Source: Lingula anatina (taxonomy: Eukaryota > Animalia > Brachiopoda). Taken from it: a stretch of DNA of 64,000 nt. Below the pieces are notes generated by a model, which worked only from the letters and a program-made list of their open reading frames with translations, was not told the DNA's origin and searched no databases. Of this stretch, positions 1 to 10,565 are shown one piece after another. Positions within the stretch are counted from its first letter, which is position 1. Every line of letters starts with the position of its first letter. The stretch spans positions 10,416,001-10,480,000 of the forward strand of contig CM120649.1 in NCBI GenBank assembly GCA_051362555.1, read 5' to 3'. The position numbers were made by a program, and so were the translations under genes.

Positions 1-3000
1 GACAATGTCCTAAATCTTGCCACATATCATGTATTGTAGACTTGGATAAGACATACCTCTGTAGTGCTGCTCTTGATGCTGTCTTTCGCTGCCTGCATCT
101 TCATGGTAAGGGTACTCTGGAAAAAGAACAATATAACTGAAAAAACTGAAAATAACATAGAAAACGCTGGCAAATTCCATGACATAAAATAGTTAAACGT
201 TAATAATTTTGTCAAATCTTGTCCAATATTTCTGAAATTTGTACAAATGATGCTTAACAATAATAAAAATCTGTGATTAGATGATCTGTTGACTGTATCT
301 AATGAAAAGTGTTTCTTGGGGCAACATATTTGGAAAAACTGAAATTTACATTAAAAAGACTGGCAAATCTCATGGCTTAAATAGTTAAACGTTAATAATT
401 TTGTTAAATCTTGTCCAATATTTCTGAAATTTGTACAAATGATGCATAACAACAATAAAAATCTATGATTAGATGATCTGTTTACTGTATCTAATGAAAG
501 TGTTTTTTGGGACAATATATTTGGGAAAACTGAAATTTACATTGAAAAGACTGGCAAATCTCATGACTTAAAATAGTTAAACATTAATAAAATTTTCAAA
601 TCTTGTCCAATATTTCTGAAATTTGTACAAATGATGCTTAACAATAATAAAAATCTGTGATTAGATGATCTGTTCACTGTATCTAATGAAAAGTGTCATT
701 TTGTGACAATATATTTGGGGAAACTAAAATTTACATTGAAAAGACTGGCAAATGTCATGACTAAAATAGTTAAACGTTAATAAAATTTTCAAATCTTGTC
801 CAATATTTCTGAAATTTGTACAAATGATGCTTAACAACAATAAAAATCTGTGATAAGCTGATCAGTTGACTGTGTCAAATGAAAAGTGTCTTTTTGTGAA
901 AATATATTTGGGAAAAATGAAATTTACATTGAAAAGACTGGCAAATCCAAGGGCCTCAAATAGTTAAACGTTAATAATTTTGTCAAATCTAGTCCAGTGT
1001 TTCTGAAATTTGTACAAATGATGCTTAACAACAATTAATACCTCCGATAAGCTGATCAAATGACTGTGTCTAATGAAAAGTATCTTCTTTCGACAATATC
1101 CTTGAAAAAACTGAAAATTACACTGAAAAATCTGGCAAATTCCATGCCTTAAAATAGTTAAATGTTAATAATTTTGCAATGTGATTATTAAATAAAATAG
1201 CAAATGTGATGATTTGAGGTTGTTTGTGTAGGAGGTTGCAAATTACCTATAACTGTTATCTGGAAAACAATATATACCCATACAAGACTTCTCCTTACTA
1301 TCAATGCCAGATGCAGATTACTCCTTACAATGGGTTTCTGGAATGGGTTGTTGTTATCACAACATTTTACAATGTCCTAAGTCTTGCCACATATCATGTA
1401 TTGTACACATGGATAACACATAGTGCTGCTGTTGGTGCTGTCTTTCGCTGCCTGCATCTTCATGGTAAAGGTACTCTGGAAAAAGAACAATATGACTGAA
1501 AAAACTGAAAATAACATAGAAAACACTGGCAAATTCCACGACATAAAATAGTTAAACGTTAATAATTTTTTCAAATCTTGTCCAATATTTCTGAAATTCG
1601 TACAAATGATGCTTAACAACAATAAAAATCTGTGATTAGATGATCTGTTGACTGCATCTAATGAAAAGTGTTTTTTGGGACAACATATTTGGGAAAACTG
1701 AAATTTACATTGAACACACTGGCAAATCTCATGACTTAAAATATTTAAATGTTAATAAAATTTTCAAATCTTGTCCAATATTTCTGAAATTTGTACAAAT
1801 GATGCTTAACAATAATAAAAATCTGTGATTAGATGATCTGTTCACTGTATCTAATGAAAAGTGTCTTTTTGTGACAATATATTTGGGGAAACTGAAATTT
1901 TCATTGAAAAGACTGGCAAATGTCATGACTAAAATAGTTAAACGTTAATAATTTTGTCAAATCTTGTCCAATATTTCTGAAATTTGTACAAATGATGCTT
2001 AACAACAATAAAAATCTGTGATAAGCTGATCAGTTGACTGTGTCAAATGAAAAGTGTCTTTTTGTGAAAATATATTTGGGAAAAATGAAATTTACATTGA
2101 AAAGACTGGCAAATCCAAGGGCCTCAAATAGTTAAACGTTAATAATTTTGTCAAATCTAGTCCAGTGTTTCTGAAATTTGTACAAATGATGCTTAACAAC
2201 AATAAATACCTGCGATAAGCTGATCAAATGACTGTGTCTAATGAAAAGTATCTACTTTCGACAATATCCTTGAAAAAACTGAAAATTACACTGAAAAATC
2301 TGGCAAATTCCATGGCTTAAAATAGTTAAATGTTAATAATTTTGCAATGTGATTATAAAATAAAATAGCAAATGTGATGATTTGAGGTTGTTAGTGTAGG
2401 AGGTTGCAAATTACTTATAACTGTTATCTGGAAAACAATATATACCCATACAAGAATTCTCCTTACTATCAATGCCAGATGCAGATTACTCCTTACAATG
2501 GGTTTCTGGAATGGGTTGCTGTTATCACAACATTTTACAATGTCCTAAGTCTTGCCACATATCATGTATTGTACACATGGATAACACATAGTGCTACTGT
2601 TGGTGCTGTCTTTCACTGCCTGCATCTTCATGGTAAAGGTACTCTGGAAAAAGAACAATATGACTGAAAAAACTGAAAATAACATAGAAAACACTGGCAA
2701 ATTCCACGACATAAAATAGTTAAACGTTAATAATTTTTTCAAATCTTGTCCAATATTTCTGAAATTCGTACAAATGATGCTTTACAACAATAAAAATCTG
2801 TGATTAGATGATCTGTTGACTGCATCTAATGAAAAGTGTTTCTTGGGACAACATATTTGGGAAAACTGAAATTTACATTGAACACACTGGCAAATCTCAT
2901 GACTTAAAATAGTTAAATGTTAATAAAATTTTCAAATCTTGTCCAATATTTCTGAAATTTGTACAAATGATGCTTAACAATAATAAAAATCTGTGATTAG

Positions 3001-6000
3001 ATGATCTGTTCACTGTTTCTAATGAAAAGTGTTTTTTGGGACAACATATTTGGGAAAAATGAAATTTACATTGAAAAGACTGGCAAATCCAAGGACTTCA
3101 AATAGTTAAACGTTAATAATTTTGTCAAATCTAGTCCAGTGTTTCTGAAATTTGTACAAATGATGCTTAACAACAATAAAAACCTGTGATAAGCTGATCA
3201 AATGACTGTGTCTAATGAAAAATATCTTCTTTCGACAATATCCTTGAAAAAACTGGGTTTCTGGAATGGGTTTCTGGAATGGGTTGTTGTTATCACAACA
3301 TTTGACAATGTCCTAAATCTTGCCACATATCATGTATTGTAGACTTGGATAAGACATAGTGCTGCTCTTGATGCTGTCTTTCGCTGCCTGCATCTTCATG
3401 GTAAGGGTACTCTGGAAAAAGAACAATATAACTGAAAAAACTGAAAATAACATAGAAAACGCTGGCAAATTCCATGACATAAAATAGTTAAACGTTAATA
3501 ATTTTGTCAAATCTTGTCCAATATTTCTGAAATTTGTACAAATGATGCTTAACAACAATAAAAATCTGTGATTAGATGATCTGTTGACTGTATTTAATGA
3601 AAAGTGTTTTTTGGGACAACATATTTGGGAAAACTGAAATTTACATTGAAAACACTGGCAAATCTCATGACTTAAAATAGTTAAACGTTAATAAAATTTT
3701 CAAATCTTGTCCAATATTTCTGAAATTTGTACAAATGATGCTAAACAACAATATAAATCTGTGATTAGATGATCTGTTGACTGTATCTAATGAAAAGCGT
3801 TTTTTGGGACAACATATTTGGGAAAACAGAAATTTACATTGAAAAAACTGGCTAATCTCATGACTTTAAATAGTTAAACGTTAATAAAATTTTCAAATCT
3901 TGTCCAATATTTCTGAAATTTGTACAAATGATGCTTAACAATAATAAAAATCTGTGATTAGATGATCTGTTCACTGTATCTAATGAAAAGTGTCATTTTG
4001 TGACAATATATTTGGGAAAACTGAAATTTACATTGAAAAGACTGGCAAATGTCATGACTAAAATAGTTAAACGTTAATAATTTTGTCAAATCTTGTTCAA
4101 AATTTCTGAAATTTTTACAAATGATGCTTAACAACAATATAAATCTGTGATAAGCTGATCAGTTGACTGTGTCAAATGAAAAGTGTCTTTTTGTGAAAAT
4201 ATATTTGGGAAAAATGAAATTTACATTGAAAAGACTGGCAAATCCAAGGGCCTCAAATAGTTAAACGTTAATAATTGTGTCAAATCTAGTCCAGTATTTC
4301 TGAAATTTGTACAAATGATGCTTAACAACAATTAATACCTGCGATAAGCTGATCAAATGACTGTGTCTAATGAAAAGTATCTTCTTTCGACAATATCCTT
4401 GAAAAAACTGAAAATTACACTGAAAAATCTGGCAAATTCCATGGCTTAAAATAGTTAAATGTTAATAATTTTGCAATGTGATTATAAAATAAAATAGCAA
4501 ATGTGATGATTTGAGGTTGTTTGTGTAGGAGGTTGCAAATTACCTATAACTGTTATCTAAAAAACAATATATACCCATACAAGACTTCTCCTTACTATCA
4601 ATGCCAGATGCAGATTACTCCTTACAATGGGTTTCTGGAATGGGTTGTTGTTATCACAACATTTGACAATGTCCTAAATCTTGCCACATATCATGTATTG
4701 TACACATGGATAAGACATAGTGCTGCTCTTGGTGCTGTCTTTCGCTGCCTGCTTCTTCATGGTAAGGGTACTCTGGAAAAAGAACAATACAACGGAAAAA
4801 ACTGAAAATTACATTGAAAAGACTGGGAAATTCCATATCTGAAAATAGTTAAACATTAATTATTTTGTCAAATCTTGTTCAAAATTTCTGAAATTTTTAC
4901 AAATGATGCTTAACAACAATATAAATCTGTGATAAGCTGATCAGTTGACTGTGTATAATGCAAAGTATTTTCTTCAAAGGATATATTTGAGAAATCTGAA
5001 AATTACACTGAGAACAATAGCAAATTCCATGACTTGAAATAGTTAAATGTTAACAATTTTGACAAATCTAGTTCAATATTTCTGAAATTTGTACAAATGA
5101 TGCTTAACAACAATATAAATCTGTGATAAGCTGATCAGTTGACTGTGTAAAATGAAAAGTATTTTCTTCAAACGATATATTTGAGAAATCTGAAAATTAC
5201 ACTGAAAACACTGGCAAATTCCATGACTTGAAATAGTTAAATGTTAACAATTTTGACAAATCTTGTTCAATATTTCTGAAATCTGTACAAATGATGCTTA
5301 AGAATAATAAAAATCTGTGATATGCTGATCACTTGTCTGCGACTTTTTTTTAAGTGTCAAGTTTATTGGAAATTGATAATCAGAAGTGTGAGAATTAACC
5401 AAAACAAATATTTCAATATTGCAATGTATTATTTACCCTCAAAGAAAACAGCAAATGTGATGATTTGAGGTTGTTTGTGTAGGAGGTTGCAAATTACCTA
5501 TAACTGTCATCTGGAAAACAATATATGCCCATACAAGACATCTCCTTACTATCAATGCCAGATGCAGATTACTCCTTACAATGGGTTTCTGGAATGGGTT
5601 GCTGTTAGCACAATATTTGACAATGTCCTAAATCTTGCCACATATCATGTATTGTACACATGGATAAGACATAGTGGTGCTCTTGGTGCTGTCTTTCACT
5701 GTCTGCTTTTTCATGGTAAGGGTACTATGGAAAAAGAACAATATAACTGAAAGAACTGAAATTTACATTGAAAAGACTGGCATATTCAATGACTTAAAAA
5801 TAGTTAAATGTTAAAAATTTGGTCAAATCATGTCCAATATTTCTGAAATTTGTACAAATGATGCTGAACAACAATAAAAATCAGTGATTAGATGATCTGT
5901 TGACTGTATCTAATGAAAAGTGGTTTTTGGGACAACATATTTGGGAAAACTGAAAATTACATTGCAAAGACTGGCAAATCCCAGGACTTAAAAATAGTTA

Positions 6001-6540
6001 AACGTTAATAATTTTGTCAAATCTTGTCCAATGTTTCTGAAATTTGTAAAAATGATGCTTAACAACAATAAAAATCTGTGATAAGCTGATCAAATGACTG
6101 TCTCTAATGAAAAGTATTTTCTTCAGATGATATATTTGAGAAAACTGGAAATTACACTGAAAACACTGGCAAATTCCATGACTCAAAACAGTTAAACATT
6201 AAAAATTTTGACAAATTTTGTCCAGTGTTTCTGAAATCTGTACAAATGATGCTTAACAACAATGAAAATCTATGATATGCTGATCAGTAGTCTGTGTCTT
6301 TTTTTAAGTGTCAAGTTTATTGGAAATTGATAATCAGAAGAGAGAGAATTAACCAATTTGAAAAGAAATATTTCAATATTACAATGTATTATTTACTCTC
6401 AAAGAAAACAGCAAATGTAATGAGTTGAGTTTGTTTTATGAGTTTGTTTGTGTAGGAGGTTGCAAATTACCTATAACTGTCATCTGGAAAACAATATATA
6501 CCCATACAAGACTTCTTCTTGCTATCAATGCCAAATGTGA
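1..6540. repeat. Higher-order satellite array 1: ~192-194 bp AT-rich monomers interrupted by an exon-like spacer; continues off the left edge
   Basis: The monomer landmark AGTTAAAC recurs at 191, 383, 575, 768 and 962 (192-194 bp period). The spacer (GTGTAGGAGGTTGC...GGTACTCTGGAAAAAG) recurs at ~1228, 2396, 4525, 5479 and 6452 (partial), with a truncated copy at ~3255 and a partial copy at 1-125. Confidence 0.95.
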
Positions 6541-6870
6541 TCCATGACAGCCAACCTGCTGAGAGTGAATGGCACCCTATGTGGACAAGTTGGGAATGCT
6601 GGAATTGATAACAGGTGACTACATACATCTTTTTCAATAGCAGTATATGAATCAGCTTTGCAACAGTTTTAGAAATGGACCAATATCTGTACTTTAAAGC
6701 TGGAACATAATTTTATATCATGTTTTCAAATAAAGAAGTTGGTATTTTCGGGTCAAATACACCCATTACTCATCTCTATAAATTCCTGAGTTTACTAAAT
6801 TGACAAGCAATCTTTACAGCTTCATGAAGGCCATTACCCAGTGCACTACCTGACAACCCATTTCTTTGAT
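6540..6870 (-). pseudogene. Decayed YWTD beta-propeller plus EGF-like segment of an LDLR/LRP-family gene
   Basis: Manual minus-strand translation, allowing frameshifts, gives VHWV/NGLHEAVKIA (cf. YWVD..I), then GVFDPKIPTSLFENMI* (cf. HPF.I.LFED.IYW), then DVCSHLLSIPAFPTCP..PFTLS (cf. CSHLCL..P...CP). This is the propeller-then-EGF order of LRPs. Contains stops and indels. Confidence 0.55.
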
Positions 6871-6873
6871 ATC

Positions 6874-7097
6874 CATCTTCATTCTAAGCAATACTTACTA
6901 CACCCTTCCTCATCACTGTTATCTCTACAGTCATTGTTGTGGTCACATCTTCATTCTAAGTAATACTTACTACACCCTTCCTCATCACTGTTATCTCTAC
7001 AGTCATTGTTGTGGTCACATCTTTATTCTAAGTAATACTTACTACACCCTTCCTCATCACTGTTAGCTCTACAGTCATTGTCCTGGTCACATCTTCA
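6874..7097 (-). repeat. 72-bp tandem repeat (3 copies) made of the 3' half of an LDLa exon plus its GTAAGT donor
   Basis: CATCTT landmark at 6874, 6946, 7018 and 7090. The minus-strand unit reads RCDHNNDCRDNSDEEGC followed by A|GTAAGT. Confidence 0.9.
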
Positions 7098-7156
7098 TGA
7101 TAAGTTGATAAAGCAGCCATTATCACATACAAACTTATATGGAGGACATGTGTGAT
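7043..7156 (-). pseudogene. LDL-receptor class A (LDLa) module pseudo-exon
   Basis: 114 nt, phase 1-1, translating (D)HTCPPYKFVCDNGCFINLS*RCDQDNDCRANSDEEGC, which matches the LDLa consensus C..F.C.NG.CI...W.CD...DC.D.SDE..C. The conserved Trp is TGA, one Cys is lost, the acceptor AG is mutated (ttcctgtgg) and the GTAAGT donor is intact. Confidence 0.9.
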
Positions 7157-7254
7157 CCACAGGAAGACAATAAAAAATACATCTTTAAAACAATTTACTT
7201 TATTTTCAAGTGTCTTAAAACTGTTCCTTCAATTTCTTTGACAAAGCAATAAAA

Positions 7255-7470
7255 TACCTGGGTAATTTACATTAAAATTCTTACATCATTAGCAGCACAA
7301 ATTCACCTAAATATCTGGCATTACATTGAACAAGATGAAAAACTTGCTGAAAGGCTGTGATTAAGCAGCATTACAGATTCAAAAACTCACTGAAATATGT
7401 AAAAAATCTAGAAGACAATGCAATCACCTTATGACGATTTATGAAACTCTATTGTTATCTGACCATCTTG
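7255..7470 (-). pseudogene. Possible further degenerate LDLa fragments
   Basis: The minus strand gives EFH....GDCI and GEFV/AND.RI (cf. EF.C.NG.CI) with indels and stops, directly beside the clear LDLa exon. Confidence 0.35.
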
Positions 7471-7477
7471 AAAATAA

Positions 7478-8430
7478 GTCTGGAGTCATTGTGTTTTATT
7501 TTTTTTATTTTAGTATAGTCCCGTGTCTCCTAGTACAGTGTAGTAGTCTGGAGTCATTGTGTTCCATTGTGGCAGTATAGTCCTGTGCCTCCTAGTACAG
7601 CGTAGTAGTCTGGAGTCATTGTGTTCCATTGTGGCAGTATAGTCCTGTGCCTCCTAGTACAGCGTAGTAGTCTGGAGTCATTGTGTTCCATTGTGGCAGT
7701 ATAGTCCTGTGCCTCCTAGTACAGCGTAGTAGTCTGGAGTCATTGTGTTTCATTGTGGCAGTATAGTCCTGTGCCTCCTTGTACAGTGTAGTAGTCTGGA
7801 GTCATTGTGTGCCATTGTGGCAGTGTAGTCCTGTGCCTCCTAGTACAGTGTAGTAGTCTGGAGTCATTGTGTTCCATTGTGGCAGTGTAGTCCTGTGCCT
7901 CCTAGTACAGTGTAGTAGTCTGGAGTCATTGTGTTCCACTGTGGCAGTATAGTCCTGTGTCTCCTAGTACAGCGTAGTAGTCTGGAGTCATTGTGTTCCA
8001 TTGTGGCAGTATAGTCCTGTGTCTCCTAGTACAGTGTAGTAGTCTGGAGTCATTGTGTTCCATTGTGGCAGTATAGTCCTGTGTCTCCTAGTACAGTGTA
8101 GTAGTCTGGAGTCATTGTGTTCCATTGTGGCAGTATAGTCCTGTGCCTACTAGTACAGTGTAGTAGTCTGGAGTCATTGTGTTCCATTGTGGCAGTATAG
8201 TCCTGTGCCTCCTAGTACAGTGTAGTCTGGAGTCATTGTGTTCCATTGTGGCAGTATAGTCCTGTGCCTCCTAGTACAGTGTAGTAGTTTGGAGTCATTG
8301 TGTTCCATTGTGACAGTATAGTCCTGTGCCTCCTAGTACAGTGTAGTAGTCTGGAGTCATTGTGTTCCATTGTGGCAGTATAGTCCTGTGCCTCCTAGAA
8401 CATAGTAGTATAGTGTAGTGTGGAGTCAGA
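7478..8430. repeat. 62-bp minisatellite, ~15 copies
   Basis: Unit AGTCTGGAGTCATTGTGTTCCATTGTGGCAGTATAGTCCTGTGCCTCCTAGTACAGYGTAGT. Copies are near-identical, with one 3-bp deletion near 8222. Confidence 0.97.
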
Positions 8431-8737
8431 TGACGGACTGGAAAAGACAAAAAAAGTCAATGACCAGGGTTTTTCCTCAAGATCCAGAATATTAGAATTA
8501 AATCAAATAAACTGCAAAGAAATATTTTATAAAATAAATTTACCAAAAATGTGTTGTTGTAAGGCAACTCTCAAGCACACTTACCAGTACTGATAATAAA
8601 GAGGTGGGTTTATGGTGCTTTCTGAAACTCAGGATGGTAGTGCTAGTTCACGTAAGTGGACACGCCATGGAAAGTTTTAGTTGTTCATAGTTAAGTTCAT
8701 ATATTACTATTTCGACTGATGACTCAAAAGAAACAAG

Positions 8738-10565
8738 AACAAGGCAGCAAAGCTGTCAAATGTACAGACAAAAAGCAGGAAATAACAAAATAGGCTACTG
8801 TCAATTCTGATGTAAAAGTACATTATGTTAAACTGCAAATTCAACATCAAATTTTAATTATGCTCAACAGGTAATACCAATGTAAGTAAAATGTGTAACA
8901 AGCATAAGGCTTCAGGCCCATGGGAGTTCAAGTTCACACTTTGAAAATGTAAAACTTCCAGAAAAAGAAGTCAATTAGACTGCTTTTCCAACTCGAGCTG
9001 CATTTTAGTCCTGTGTTTCTTTTTTAAAAGTTTGACAATCATAAGTAACATGGTTTTCCCATGATGGTCATCATGGCAGCAATACCCAAAATTGTGTTTG
9101 CTTCTATTTTGATGCAATATTTCATAATGCTTAACAGCATAAAGACCATCAGTTTTTAATAATAAAATATACGTATCGTGGATTTTCAGAAAATGTGACT
9201 AGCATGGGTCTTCAAGCCCAAGGCGGTTCTAAGTCACACCTTGAAATTGCCAATATGTGAAAAATTAAATTTTCACAAAAAACTGATTAACTGCCAGAAA
9301 AATTTACCAAATAGACTGCACTGCCTAATGAAACTGTATTTTAGTCCCATGTTTCTTTCCTGTAAGTTTGAGAACAGTAAGCGACATAGTTTTCCTTAAA
9401 TGGTCATCAAGGGAGCAGTGTCCAAAATAGGGGTTTCTTCAAATTTTGATGCAATATTACATAATGTTTAACAGGATAATAACCATCAATTTTTAATAAT
9501 AAAATATTAGTATCATGGATATTCAGAAAATGTGACTAGCAAAGGTCTTCAGGCCCATGGAACTTCAAAGTCACACCTTGAAAATGCCAAAATGTAGACA
9601 AGACGGTACTGTCCTGAAGTGCCTTTTTTTCCATTTTTAACACTTTTTTAATATAAAACAAAATTAACAGTTTACTGCCATTTTTATATGATCAACTAAG
9701 AAAGTTGATGAGATGTGAAAAATATCAATAGAACAGTGTCAAATGTCCAATTTCCTCCATTCTGAGTTTCTGAACATAATGAATGATTGAATCTTACAAA
9801 CTGCAATGATATGAGTTTATTTCCATTTTTGACACTTTATTACACAATACACGATAACAAGTTTACCATTATTTTTACATAATCAACTAACAATGTTGTA
9901 AAGATGCAGGAAATGTCAAACAAACACTTTTACGTATCTTATTAATTAAATAATGAGACTGTTAACATGCCTAAGAATTGAATCTGAAGAAATGTGAAAA
10001 AAACAGCATAACTTATAAAATAATGGCCCGATTATGCTGATTTTCGAACTTGACCTGCGTTTTAGTAAGATTGATTACTCCTGTGAGTTTCATGACAACA
10101 GGCCTATCGGTTTTCTTTGAAATGTGTTAACAGTGTTGCATATATGCTGAAAAGTGAAAAAACAGCATAACTACTAAAATGGTGGCCCGATCATGGCAAT
10201 TTTCGAACTTGACCTGGGTTTTAGTAAGATTGATTACTCCTGTGAGTTTCATGACAACAGGCCTATTGTTTTTCTTTGAAATGTGTTAACAGTGTTGCAT
10301 ATATGCTGAAAAGTGAAAAAACAGCATAAATTCTACAATAATGGCCCGATCATGCTGATTTTCGAACTTGACCTGCGTTTTATGAATATTCATCAGCTCT
10401 GTAAATATAAAGCCAAAAAGTAAAACTGTCTTCCACTTATGGTGTTAACGCTGAAAGTGCACGGCGACGGCGACGGCGACGGCGACATCGACGGCGACAT
10501 GAACGGCGACGACAGACGCAGGTGATGGCAATATGTACAGACACATCTGTGTCTGTACATAAAAA
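8738..10565 (-). mobile_element. Non-autonomous Helentron-type element (HINE/DINE-1-like), apparently complete
   Basis: The left end has AACAA, a stem-loop GGCAGC-AAA-GCTGTC and subTIR ATGTACAGAC. The right end has a (GACGGC)n microsatellite, then the hairpin ATGTACAGAC-acatctgt-GTCTGTACAT and AAAAA. Inside are ~300-340 bp degenerate repeats and 159-bp tandem cores (10003, 10162, 10321). Confidence 0.85.

Noticed and set aside
1247-1475. Functional repeated coding exon, or selenoprotein read-through, on the minus strand
   Set aside because: All three frames contain TAA or TAG stops in addition to TGA, and the exon length is not a multiple of 3.
6866-7066. Plus-strand His/Cys-rich repeat ORF
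   Set aside because: It is the antisense shadow of the 72-bp LDLa-derived repeat.
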